DNA of 43,924 nucleotides from a virus (Duplodnaviria; Heunggongvirae; Uroviricota; Caudoviricetes): IMG/VR virus record IMGVR_UViG_2609460125_000010; one strand, 5' to 3'. Shown piece by piece: positions 28,450 to 38,568 of this stretch (position 1 is its first letter; each line of letters starts with the position of its first letter). The notes under the pieces were generated by a model. It saw only the letters and a program-made list of their open reading frames with translations, ran no database searches and was not told where the DNA came from. The position numbers and the translations under genes were made by a program.

Positions 28450-30277
28450 ATTTGAGCTTAAGGCGTTGATCACCGGTGTCGACAGGCTTTCTCCCGCGCT
28501 GTCGAAAATGCAAAAGAAAATCCGGGGATTTAAACGCCAGGCGGAAGAAGCGTCACAGGGTGGGCTGGCGCTTGGTGGCGGACTGGCAGCTGGTCTGACG
28601 CTTTCCCTGAAATCTTATGCCGATCAGGAAAACGCCGCCACCGGGCTGAAAGTCGCCATGATGGATGCGAACGGCGAGGTTGGAAAGAGCTTTCAGGACA
28701 TCAATAAACTGGCTATTGGACTGGGTAACCAGCTACCCGGTACAACGGCTGATTTCCAGAACATGATGCAGATGCTGGTGCGTCAGGGGATCCCGGCAGA
28801 AAACATTCTGGGTGGTGTGGGTAAAGCGACAGCTTATCTTGCGGTACAACTGAAAAAAACACCGGAAGCGGCTGCTGAGTTTGCTGCAAAGATGCAGGAT
28901 GCTACCGGAACGGCGTCAGAAGACATGATGGGGCTGTTCGACACTATCCAGAAGGCGTTTTATCTGGGCGTTGACGATACCAACATGTTGTCCTTCTTCA
29001 CTAAAACCAGTTCTGTTCTGAAGATGGTGAACAAGGACGGTCTTCAGGCTGCACAGAGCCTTGCCCCCATCAGCGTCATGATGGATCAGATGGGGATGAA
29101 CGGGGAGTCGGCAGGTAATGCACTGCGAAAAGTTATCCAGTCCGGATTAAGTGTTAAGAAAATCAGGGACGTTAATAAAGTTATGGCCCGCCAGAAACTC
29201 GGGGTACAGCTCGATTTTACTGACGGCAAAGGAAGTTTTGGCGGTCTTGATAACATGTTCAGGCAACTGGCAAAGCTGCGAAAACTGACCGACGTTAAGC
29301 GAACAGGTGTACTTAAGGCAATATTTGGTGATGATGCCGAAACCCTTCAGGTGGTCAATGCACTAATCGATAAAGGAAAGGATGGCTACGATCAGATCCA
29401 GCAGAAGATGAATAAACAGGCCAGCCTGAATAAACGTGTTCAGGCACAGCTTGGTACGCTGTCCAACCTGTGGGAGGCAATGACAGGGACCGCAACTAAC
29501 GGCCTTGCGGCTATTGGCGGCGCATTTTCTGGTGACGCTAAAAATATCACGCAATGGCTGGGGGAGTTGGGGGAGAAATTCACGAAGTTTGCGGATGAAA
29601 ATCCCCGGGTTATTCGCGGCGTCGTCGGGCTTGCTGCCGGTCTTGCGATTCTGAAACTGGGATTGATGGGTGTTGGCGGTGCCATCAGTATTGTCAGCAG
29701 GATCATGTCGATGACGCCGATTGGCATGATTGCGACGGCGATAGCCCTGGCTGCGGGATTAATTATCACTAACTGGGATGTTGTCGGACCTTATTTTAAG
29801 AAACTCTGGGAAACCATTGGTCCTTATTTTGAGGCTGGCTGGGAACTCCTTAAGAAAGTTTTTGCCTGGTCGCCGCTGGGGATGGTGATCAATAACTGGG
29901 GGCCGGTTGTTAAGTGGTTTCAGGATATGTGGGACAAGCTGAAGCCAATTATTGAGTGGTTTACCGACAGTTCCGGTGACACGGTCGATGCCATTAACTC
30001 TGCGCAGTGGGGCGCGGGTGCTTATGATGCTTATGGGACGGGAATACCGGCGCGGGGATACACACCTTATCCGGCGGTAGATCCGGCTCAGTCAAACAAC
30101 GCCTCCGATGTCACAGGCCCGAACCCCTTCATGATTAACAAAGCTTCTGCGCCAAAAGTTGATGGTGAGATCAAGGTCTCTTTTGTGAATTCGCCTCCGG
30201 GTATGCGGGTTATGGAAACGCGATCCAGCGGTTTTGATGTCAGCCATGATGTTGGCTATACGCGCTTTGGCAGGTAA
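28442..30277 (+). CDS. tail tape measure protein
   Basis: 611 aa, Ala/Gly-rich with hydrophobic segments; position after the chaperone pair. Confidence 0.8.
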   Translation: MAEFELKALITGVDRLSPALSKMQKKIRGFKRQAEEASQGGLALGGGLAAGLTLSLKSYADQENAATGLKVAMMDANGEVGKSFQDINKLAIGLGNQLPGTTADFQNMMQMLVRQGIPAENILGGVGKATAYLAVQLKKTPEAAAEFAAKMQDATGTASEDMMGLFDTIQKAFYLGVDDTNMLSFFTKTSSVLKMVNKDGLQAAQSLAPISVMMDQMGMNGESAGNALRKVIQSGLSVKKIRDVNKVMARQKLGVQLDFTDGKGSFGGLDNMFRQLAKLRKLTDVKRTGVLKAIFGDDAETLQVVNALIDKGKDGYDQIQQKMNKQASLNKRVQAQLGTLSNLWEAMTGTATNGLAAIGGAFSGDAKNITQWLGELGEKFTKFADENPRVIRGVVGLAAGLAILKLGLMGVGGAISIVSRIMSMTPIGMIATAIALAAGLIITNWDVVGPYFKKLWETIGPYFEAGWELLKKVFAWSPLGMVINNWGPVVKWFQDMWDKLKPIIEWFTDSSGDTVDAINSAQWGAGAYDAYGTGIPARGYTPYPAVDPAQSNNASDVTGPNPFMINKASAPKVDGEIKVSFVNSPPGMRVMETRSSGFDVSHDVGYTRFGR

Positions 30278-30295
30278 TGAAAAATTAATCTGTTA

Positions 30296-31666
30296 ATGAG
30301 TCCCACTCCGGTGGGATTTTTTATGTACGGAGTTTATATGACGTGGAAAGACAGACTTCAGGACGCGTCATTTCGCGGTGTGCCGTTTAAGGTTGAAGAA
30401 GAAAGTGCGGGAACCGGTCGTCGTGTGGAAACGCACGAATACCCGAACCGCGACAAACCCTATACCGAAGATCTGGGAAAAGTCACTTTCCGCCCGTCCA
30501 TCACGGCTTATGTGGTGGGAGATGACTGCTTTGACCAGCGCGATCGCCTGATTGACGCGCTGAATAAACCCGGTCCCGGCACGCTTGTCCATCCGACATA
30601 CGGTGAGCTGAAAGTCTGTGTTGACGGGGAGGTTCGGGTCAGCACATCGAAGAGTGAAGGGCGTATTGTCCGCTTTGACCTGAAGTTTGTCGAAGCGGGA
30701 GAACTCTCTTACCCCACATCAGGTGCGGCGACGGCGCAGACGCTGATGTCATCCTGTTCTGCACTGGATGACTGCATCAGTGACAGTTTCAGTGGTTTCA
30801 GTATCGATGGCGTGGCAGATTTTGTGCAGAACGACGTCGTCGGTAATGCCAGCACAATGCTTGGGTATGTTTCTGGTGCGATGAAAGTGGTGGATTCTGC
30901 CGTATCGGATGCCGCCAGGCTGTTGCAGGGGGATATCTCGGTACTTCTGCCGCCGCCATCGTCAGGCAAAAATTTCGTTGAGCAGGTGCAGAAAATGTGG
31001 CGTACCGGGAAACGCCTTTATGGTAACGCCAGCGACCTGGTCACCATGATCAAAACGCTTTCCGGTGTCAGCCTCGGCAGCGATCTGCAACCGCGCGGCG
31101 TCTGGAAAACGGACAGTAAAACCACCGCCACGGCGACGCAGCAGCGTAACGTGGTTGCCAGCACCCTTCGTACGACCGCAATCAGCGAAGCGGCGTATGC
31201 CGTCACACGATTGCCTGCGCCCACAACTTCCGCGGTGATGCAGAATGCCACAGTGGGGCCGTCAACAACACCCGCGCAGAGCACCGGCTGGCCTTTTGTC
31301 ACGCATCCGGCACTGAACAATGCACCGGCGGTGAAAAACACGGTTGACCTGCCAACGTGGGAAGAACTGACCGACATTCGCGACACACTGAATACGGCAA
31401 TTGATAAGGAGTTGTCCCGTACAACCAGTGATGCGCTGTTTCTGGCGCTGCGCCGGGTGAAAGCAGATCTGAATGCGGATATCAACACGCGCCTTGAACA
31501 GTCTGCACGGATCATTCAGCGCACGCCGGATGAGGTTTTACCCGCGCTGGTGCTGGCGGCGACCTGGTTTGATAACGCGGCGCGTGACGCGGACATTATC
31601 CGGCGTAATGCCATTACGCATCCCGGCTTTGTGCCGGTGATCCCTCTGAAGGTGCCAGTGCAATGA
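30296..31666 (+). CDS. DNA circulation protein (Mu gp43-like); likely true start near 30347
   Basis: N-terminal TWKDRLQDASFRGVPFKVEEE resembles the DNA-circulation N-terminal domain; Mu-like baseplate gene order follows. Confidence 0.6.
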   Translation: MSPTPVGFFMYGVYMTWKDRLQDASFRGVPFKVEEESAGTGRRVETHEYPNRDKPYTEDLGKVTFRPSITAYVVGDDCFDQRDRLIDALNKPGPGTLVHPTYGELKVCVDGEVRVSTSKSEGRIVRFDLKFVEAGELSYPTSGAATAQTLMSSCSALDDCISDSFSGFSIDGVADFVQNDVVGNASTMLGYVSGAMKVVDSAVSDAARLLQGDISVLLPPPSSGKNFVEQVQKMWRTGKRLYGNASDLVTMIKTLSGVSLGSDLQPRGVWKTDSKTTATATQQRNVVASTLRTTAISEAAYAVTRLPAPTTSAVMQNATVGPSTTPAQSTGWPFVTHPALNNAPAVKNTVDLPTWEELTDIRDTLNTAIDKELSRTTSDALFLALRRVKADLNADINTRLEQSARIIQRTPDEVLPALVLAATWFDNAARDADIIRRNAITHPGFVPVIPLKVPVQ

Positions 31667-32742
31667 ACGATAACGTCACGCTACGGGTAAATGGCCGGGA
31701 GTGGAATGGCTGGACATCGGTGCGCATCGGTGCCGGTGTTGAACGACTGGCGCGGGATTTCAGTGTGGAGATCACCCGCCAGTGGCCGGGAGATGAGGGT
31801 ATCACCACGCTTCAGCCGCGCATTAAAAACGGTTCAAAAGTGGAGGTGCTGATTGGTGATGAGCTGGTGATCACCGGCTGGGTGGAGGCGACGCCCGTTC
31901 GTTACGATGCCCGTTCGGTCAGCACCGGTATTGCCGGACGCAGTCTGACCGCTGACCTGATTGACTGTGCAGCCGAACCGACACAGTTTAACGGACGATC
32001 GCTGGTACAGATTGCGCAGGCGCTTGCTGCGCCTTTCGGCATTGAGGTGGTGAACAGCGGTGCGCCGTCGGGTGTTATTCCTGATGTCCAGCCTGATCAC
32101 GGTGAAACGGTGATTGAGGTAATCAACAAAATACTCGGTCAGCAGCAGGCGCTGGCTTATGACGACCCGCACGGCAGGCTGGTGATTGGCGGTATTGGCT
32201 CAACGCGGGCACATACCGCGCTGGTACTTGGGGAAAACATCCTTTCCTGTGATACGGAGAAGAGTATCCGGGAGCGGTTTTCTGTTTACCAGGTGGCGGG
32301 GCAGCGTGCCGGAAACGACGATGATTTCGGTGAGGCCACCACCACCGCGCTGCGGGCCCGCACAGAGGACGCATTTATTGCCCGTTACCGTCCGATGTAT
32401 ATCAGGCAGACAGGGCAGGCTACGGGGGCAGGCTGTATTGCGCGTGCTGACTTTGAAGCCCGGCAACGGGCGGCGCGGACGGATGAAACCACCTATGTGG
32501 TGCAGGGCTGGCGACAGGGTAACGGTACGCTGTGGCAGCCCAACCAGCGGGTGATTGTCTTTGATCCGGTCTGTGGTTTCGACAATACCGAACTGCTTGT
32601 TTCGGAAGTCACGTTTACTCAGGACCAGAACGGCACCCTGACGGAAATCCGTGTCGGCCCGCCTGATGCTTATCTGCCTGAACCCGAAGCCCCCGGCGCG
32701 CGGAAAAAGAAAAAAGCAAGAGTACAGGAGGACCCGTTCTGA
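31663..32742 (+). CDS. baseplate hub protein (Mu P/gp44-like)
   Basis: 359 aa; synteny within the Mu-like baseplate cluster. Confidence 0.55.
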   Translation: MNDNVTLRVNGREWNGWTSVRIGAGVERLARDFSVEITRQWPGDEGITTLQPRIKNGSKVEVLIGDELVITGWVEATPVRYDARSVSTGIAGRSLTADLIDCAAEPTQFNGRSLVQIAQALAAPFGIEVVNSGAPSGVIPDVQPDHGETVIEVINKILGQQQALAYDDPHGRLVIGGIGSTRAHTALVLGENILSCDTEKSIRERFSVYQVAGQRAGNDDDFGEATTTALRARTEDAFIARYRPMYIRQTGQATGAGCIARADFEARQRAARTDETTYVVQGWRQGNGTLWQPNQRVIVFDPVCGFDNTELLVSEVTFTQDQNGTLTEIRVGPPDAYLPEPEAPGARKKKKARVQEDPF

Positions 32743-33290
32743 TGAGGACGATTGAAGCCATGCAGCGACAACTCCTCGGCCTGATTGGGCGGGCAGTGGT
32801 GAAAAGCATCAGTGCCGCCACGAAATGTCAGACCGTGGATGTGTCCCTGATTGCCGGTGAACCCAAAGCCGGGATTGAACATCTTGAACCCTACGGTTTT
32901 ACCGCAAGGGCAAACAGCGGTGCGGAAGCGGTGGTGTTGTTTCCGGATGGCGACCGTTCTCATGCGGTGGTTGTTACGGTGTCGGACCGGCGCTACCGCC
33001 TGAAAGGGCTGCAGACGGGTGAGGTGGCTGTCTATGACGATCAGGGGCAGTCTGTGACGCTGACCCGGGAGGGGATCGTGGTGGACGGTGCAGGTAAAAC
33101 GATCACGTTTCGCAATGCGCCTAAGGCACGTTTTGAAATGGACCTGGAAGTGACAGGACAGGTGAAAGACCTGTGCGACTCCGGCGGCACCACCATGTCA
33201 GCGATGCGGCTTGCCTATAACGGGCATCGTCACAGAGAGAACGGTCAAGGCAGTAACACCGACAAACCTGATAAAGCGATGGAGGCATGA
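32742..33290 (+). CDS. baseplate spike/assembly protein V (Mu gp45-like)
   Basis: 182 aa; synteny. Confidence 0.55.
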   Translation: MRTIEAMQRQLLGLIGRAVVKSISAATKCQTVDVSLIAGEPKAGIEHLEPYGFTARANSGAEAVVLFPDGDRSHAVVVTVSDRRYRLKGLQTGEVAVYDDQGQSVTLTREGIVVDGAGKTITFRNAPKARFEMDLEVTGQVKDLCDSGGTTMSAMRLAYNGHRHRENGQGSNTDKPDKAMEA

Positions 33291-33715
33291 TGGAACTGTG
33301 GCTGACGGTGAACGGTAAACGCACCTGCGCCAGCGCACCGCTGGATCCGCTGATCCGCGCCGTGGTGATTTCCCTGTTTACCTGGCGGCGTGCGGAGCCT
33401 GATGACAACGCCGACGTCCCGATGGGATGGTGGGGGGATACCTGGCCTGCGGTACAGAATGACCGTTACGGCTCCCGACTGTGGCTGCTTCAGCGCAGCA
33501 AACTGACCAATCAGCTGGTGCAGACGGTAAGGGGGTATATCCGCGAATGCCTGCAATGGATGATTGATGACGGCGTGGTGTCCCGTATTGATCTGGATAT
33601 CCGCCGCACCGGGATTAATGAACTGGGTAACAGTATCACTCTCTGGCGTCGTGACGGACCGGTAATGATTTCTTTTGATGATCTGTGGAGTGCGATAACG
33701 CATGGCGGACAGTGA
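33287..33715 (+). CDS. baseplate protein (Mu gp46-like)
   Basis: 142 aa; synteny between the gp45-like and J-like genes. Confidence 0.55.
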   Translation: MMELWLTVNGKRTCASAPLDPLIRAVVISLFTWRRAEPDDNADVPMGWWGDTWPAVQNDRYGSRLWLLQRSKLTNQLVQTVRGYIRECLQWMIDDGVVSRIDLDIRRTGINELGNSITLWRRDGPVMISFDDLWSAITHGGQ

Positions 33716-34760
33716 ATTTCAGCGCCCGACGCTGGCAGAAAATATCAGTATGCTCCGTAACGATTTATTCGCCAGGCTGGACGTCAGCGACACGCTCCGG
33801 CGCATGGATGAAGACGTGCGGGCAAAGGTGTATGCGGCGGCGCTGCATACGGTTTACGGTTACATCGATTATCTGGCAATGAACATGCTGCCTGACCTGT
33901 GCGATGAGTCCTGGCTGGCGCGACATGCTGCGATGAAACGGTGTCCGCGCAAGGGGGCCACGGCTGCCAGCGGGTATATGCGCTGGGAAGGTGTCAGTGA
34001 TGGCCTGAAGGTGACCGCCGGGAGTGTTATTCAGCGCGATGACCTGGTTCAGTACACGGCAACTGCCGATGCAACCAGCTCCGGTGGTGTCCTGCGCGTG
34101 CCGATCGCCTGCTCAAGTGCAGGTGCGGTCGGTAACGCTGACGACGGTACGGCATTAATCCTGGTCACGCCGGTGAATGGTCTGCCGTCTTCTGGCGAGG
34201 CAGATACCCTGACAGGCGGATTTGATACTGAAGAGCTGGAAACGTGGCGCGCCCGCGTCATTGAGCGGTATTACTGGACGCCTCAGGGCGGGGCTGACGG
34301 GGACTATGTCGTCTGGGCTAAAGAAGTGCCCGGCATTACCCGCGCATGGACATACCGACACTGGATGGGAACGGGGACTGTCGGTGTGATGATTGCCGGC
34401 AGTGACCTGATTAATCCCATTCCGGAAGAATCAACGGAAACGGCGGCAAGACAACATATCGGGCCACTGGCTCCGGTGGCAGGCTCTGATTTGTATGTAT
34501 TCAGGCCGGTGGCGCATAAAGTGGATTTTCATATCCGTGTGACGCCGGACACACCGGAAATACGGGCTGCCATCACCGCCGAGTTGCGTTCGTTCCTGCT
34601 GCGTGATGGTTATCCGCAGGGAGAACTGAAGGTGTCACGTATCAGTGAAGCGATTTCCGGTGCGAACGGGGAATACAGCCATCAGTTGCTTGCACCGGCG
34701 GACAATATCTCCATTGCAAAAAATGAACTGGCGGTACTGGGGACGATTTCATGGACGTGA
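33702..34760 (+). CDS. baseplate J-like protein (Mu gp47-like)
   Basis: 352 aa; synteny and size. Confidence 0.65.
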   Translation: MADSEFQRPTLAENISMLRNDLFARLDVSDTLRRMDEDVRAKVYAAALHTVYGYIDYLAMNMLPDLCDESWLARHAAMKRCPRKGATAASGYMRWEGVSDGLKVTAGSVIQRDDLVQYTATADATSSGGVLRVPIACSSAGAVGNADDGTALILVTPVNGLPSSGEADTLTGGFDTEELETWRARVIERYYWTPQGGADGDYVVWAKEVPGITRAWTYRHWMGTGTVGVMIAGSDLINPIPEESTETAARQHIGPLAPVAGSDLYVFRPVAHKVDFHIRVTPDTPEIRAAITAELRSFLLRDGYPQGELKVSRISEAISGANGEYSHQLLAPADNISIAKNELAVLGTISWT

Positions 34761-35335
34761 CAAACGATGATTACATCCGTCTGTTGTCGGCACTGTTGCC
34801 ACCCGGTCCGGCGTGGTCAGCCAGAGATCCGGCGATTGCCGGTGCGGCACCGTCATTAACCCGCGTTCATCAGCGTGCGGATGCCCTGATGCGGGAGCTG
34901 GATCCGCGCACCACCACTGAACTGATAAACCGCTGGGAGCGTCTGTGCGGTCTGCCGGATGAATGTATTCCCGCAGGGACACAGACCCTTCGCCAGCGTC
35001 AGCAACGACTGGATGCGAAGGTTAACCTGGCGGGCGGCATCAATGAGGATTTTTACCTTGCACAGCTTGCTGCCCTGGGCAGACCAGACGCTACCATCAC
35101 GCGATACGACAAAAGCACGTTCACCTGCTCATCTGCCTGTACTGACGCGGTGAATGCGCCGGAATGGCGGTATTACTGGCAGGTCAACATGCCAGTCGCC
35201 ACCAACACCACCTGGATGACATGTGGCGATCCCTGTGATTCCGCGCTGCGCTTCTGGGGGGACACCGTTGTCGAGTGTGTGCTTAACAAACTCTGCCCGT
35301 CGCATACCTATGTGATTTTTAAATATCCGGAGTAA
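34751..35335 (+). CDS. tail protein (Mu gp48 / YmfQ-like)
   Basis: 194 aa following the J-like gene. Confidence 0.55.
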   Translation: MDVTNDDYIRLLSALLPPGPAWSARDPAIAGAAPSLTRVHQRADALMRELDPRTTTELINRWERLCGLPDECIPAGTQTLRQRQQRLDAKVNLAGGINEDFYLAQLAALGRPDATITRYDKSTFTCSSACTDAVNAPEWRYYWQVNMPVATNTTWMTCGDPCDSALRFWGDTVVECVLNKLCPSHTYVIFKYPE

Positions 35336-35338
35336 TCC

Positions 35339-35989
35339 ATGCATCGTATAGACACGAAAACCGCGAAGAAGGATAAGTTCGTCGCGGGTAAGAACGGTTT
35401 TACCCGTGGTAACCCCCAGACTGGCACGCCTGCCACCGATCTGGATGATGACTACTTTGACATGTTGCAGGAGGAGCTTTGCAGCGTGGTGGAGGCATCC
35501 GGTGCCAGCCTGGAGAAGGGGCGGCACGATCAGTTGCTTACCGCACTTCGCGCGCTGCTGTTAAGCCGCAAGAATCCGTTTGGCGATATCAAATCGGATG
35601 GCACGGTGAAAACGGCTCTCGAAAACCTTGGTTTGGGAGAAGCAGCTAAAAGGAATGTAGGTACAGGGGCGAATCAGATACCTGATATGAGCCTGTTCGC
35701 GTCAATTAATACCGTAACGGCTGCTGCGCAAAAATTTCCGTCTGGATTAATTTTACAGTGCGGTCAGTTGAATGGTGCCCCGAATGTATCTTCAACATAC
35801 GGGATGAGGTTCCCGATGACGTTCTCAAGAGTAATTGCTGTCGTAGTTACATTGAACGTTACTGGCGCGGCTGGGCAGCCGACTGTATCGGCGACAAGTG
35901 TCCAGAACACTGGATTTAATATTACTGTGTCGCCCGGTTCAGGATACGGTTCATCTGCTGATGCGTATTACATTGCAATGGGATATTAA
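35339..35989 (+). CDS. tail fibre protein (conserved N-terminal anchor, divergent AT-richer C-terminus)
   Basis: N-terminus ...[24 protein letters not shown]... resembles conserved tail-fibre N-termini; followed by a Tfa gene. Confidence 0.65.
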   Translation: MHRIDTKTAKKDKFVAGKNGFTRGNPQTGTPATDLDDDYFDMLQEELCSVVEASGASLEKGRHDQLLTALRALLLSRKNPFGDIKSDGTVKTALENLGLGEAAKRNVGTGANQIPDMSLFASINTVTAAAQKFPSGLILQCGQLNGAPNVSSTYGMRFPMTFSRVIAVVVTLNVTGAAGQPTVSATSVQNTGFNITVSPGSGYGSSADAYYIAMGY

Positions 35990-35993
35990 CAAA

Positions 35994-36395
35994 ATGTCAT
36001 ATTTTTATTCTGCATCGACAAACGGATTTTATTCGACTGAATTTCACGGCACCAATATTCCTGATGATGCAGTGGAAATCTCGGAATCAGAGTGGAAAAC
36101 ACTGATTAATGCACAGAGTGTAACAAAAATGATTACCTGTGGTGAGAACGGTCATCCTGTCATTGTTGACCGTCCTTCTCCAACACCAGAACAATTAGCC
36201 TTAATAAATGATGAAAAGAAATCTGCACTGATAGCAGAGGCAACGAATGTAATAGCTCCGCTTCAGGATGCGGTTGATTTAGGTATGGCAACAGATGATG
36301 AAACGAAACTGTTACTGGCATGGAAAAAATATCGGGTGCTGCTTATGCGTGTTAATGTAGTAAAACCCGAGTGGCCTATGCATCCAAATAAATAG
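35994..36395 (+). CDS. tail fibre assembly protein (Tfa)
   Basis: MSYFYSASTNGFYSTEFHG...PEWPMHP: hallmark Tfa N-terminus and C-terminal motif. Confidence 0.75.
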   Translation: MSYFYSASTNGFYSTEFHGTNIPDDAVEISESEWKTLINAQSVTKMITCGENGHPVIVDRPSPTPEQLALINDEKKSALIAEATNVIAPLQDAVDLGMATDDETKLLLAWKKYRVLLMRVNVVKPEWPMHPNK

Positions 36396-37138
36396 ACTTG
36401 TTAATCTAGGATAATTGTTGGAATAATACTCATTTTTCAGTAGGTTCAGGTAGCCTGGGTATAATGCTCACTTCTACAATGATTTCAACTTATTTTATTT
36501 AATTGATATTACGAAACTTAACTCATACATAAACAATATGACTCAATACTGTCCTAAATAGCTGCGCAGAAAAGTGCTCCACTTTCGCTCAGCCCTTGCT
36601 GGGCGAAGCATCAGGAAGGCGTTCTCAGCTAGGTTGTGTTATATCTGGCTTGAGTTTTGTTGCCCATACGCAACACATTACCCATCTGTAAACGACAAGT
36701 GTGGCAGAATTAGGTGCAGCTATTTAGACTATATCGACGCAGTAACGATAATAGATATCGAAACTGTACTAGATATTAGCTACTTATGGTTGCCGGGGGG
36801 AGTCTTTTGAGCACTGGTGTTATCAATCGGCTTCAAATAATTCACCAATAAATTATATTGCGATAGCTCATCACCTTCCAGGTTGTTTATAGCCAGTTTA
36901 TCAGCGTCACCACCTACTGTTTATGCTTTTATTTCTTTGATTAATAAGTATATGATATTTTAATTCATCTGGTGTATTTCTTTCTCATGTGTTGGTCGAC
37001 TGAATATCTGTTCAGTGAAGGGGTAATTTTATGTTTGCACTTCGAACATTCCCTTCAGTTGCTAGGAAAGAAAACCGTAACATTTGCGCATTAATTTTAA
37101 CAGTATAATCTGAGCATAAATATGCGCTATATATCTAT

Positions 37139-37168
37139 AAAAAGGCGCAATTAATTGCGCCTTTTTAT
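37139..37168. terminator. bidirectional rho-independent terminator
   Basis: aaaaaggcgcaatt/aattgcgccttttt: perfect palindrome, A-run on one side and T-run on the other, at the 3-prime end of the minus-strand acyltransferase gene. Confidence 0.5.
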
Positions 37169-38201
37169 CATTTTATCAAAAATGGCCCACCGACTGTCCT
37201 CGATAGCCAATGGCCAATTTTATCTGATACATATACACAAATACAGGTATATATGATTGAGCAGATAGGATTTGGAATAGTCACGCTGAAGCCTATAATT
37301 GCTAAAGCCATAGGGATAAATAATTTGGTGATATACTCCATTCCACATATGTTAAGAGTATTTCTTCCAGCTCTTACAATAAAGTCATTTCCACAAATTA
37401 TTTTTGCTATGAAAATATTAAAGATTATCAAGCCTACCGTGGTGATAATAGTATTAATAGCTTGAATATAACTACTTGATATTATGTCTGCATTGAATAT
37501 TGAGATAATCTTAAAAAGTAAAGGTTTCTGGTTAAGTAGTTGATACGCACTCATTATAGCGGTAATTGAGAAGACAATGAAACCAATTTTAGATTTTCCA
37601 AAAAACCTGTCACGTGTTAATTCTAAAAACATACATCTACCGAGAGGCAATAACCACCAGTATGCCATAGCGGAGTCTATGTTCCAAAACCATTGAGGAT
37701 CTAGTAATGGGTTATGATTGAGCACTGTTTGTGACAACATGAACGATAACAGTGATATGATTAAAATCACTATATTGTTCTTGACTATTTCTCTAAAGAT
37801 TGCATCAATTGCTATTATAACAAAAAGGCAGTTTATAAACCATATTGTTCCTACGAATTGGTTATTTCTAACACCATATATTATATCATAAATGTGGTTG
37901 TATATATAATCAATCGTCTCACCTGAGTTAATTGTGTTTATTATTAATATAGATATGGAATCATTAATCTGTAAAACTTTGACTTGATATAATCGAAAAT
38001 AGATAAGTCATTTTTTTTGATAGTAAAAAAACCAGCAGCGAAAAAGAATAGTGGGACGTGATAACTAAAAACAAAAGGATACAATTTGCCAGCCCCCAAC
38101 CCAAGGTGACCTAAATATATAGCAAAAATACCGAGAAATTTTAAAGCATCAACCCAATCATGTCTTATTTTTCTGTTGCTGTCGATTTTGTTATTATACA
38201 T
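37168..38201 (-). pseudogene. acyltransferase family 3 (O-antigen/LPS O-acetyltransferase-like) gene, apparently frameshifted into two ORFs
   Basis: N-terminal fragment RHDWVDALKFLGIFAIYLGHLG...FFFAAGFF matches the acyltransferase-3 signature; C-terminal multi-TM fragment (37168-37770) lies in another frame after a 173-nt gap; an A8 homopolymer sits at 38010-38018. Confidence 0.45.
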
Positions 38202-38568
38202 TTAAAGTAGGCTCTCCAGTTTTGTGTGATTTTTAAACACTCATTGCAAATATGAATGCCTGAAAGTTTATGATTATTAATCAACGAGTTCAATATTAAT
38301 TTATTATTTTTCAAAGTCGCACTATATAGGCATTTACTTCCGCAGTACCACCGATAGTATCGATATCAAATCAGCCTGCGGCCGCGATAACTTTCGTAAC
38401 ATTCTGCCAGCGGCTTTGTTGAATAAATCAGGTTCAAGATAATCGTCTCTGCATCAGGTTAGAGTTTCAGGCAATACATCCTCTTTCTGGCATACCTGCC
38501 ACTCTAGCACCATGGTCATAGCCTTTACGATCTGCATACTCACCAGACCAGAGCCCGCTCCCTTTTAG

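Noticed and set aside
29363..29769. Minus-strand ORFs inside the tape measure gene
   Set aside because: Antisense to a well-supported long structural gene; no start signals.
36574..36810. 78-aa ORF in the gene-free stretch after the tail fibre assembly gene
   Set aside because: Cys-rich improbable translation, no RBS, lies in AT-rich intergenic DNA.
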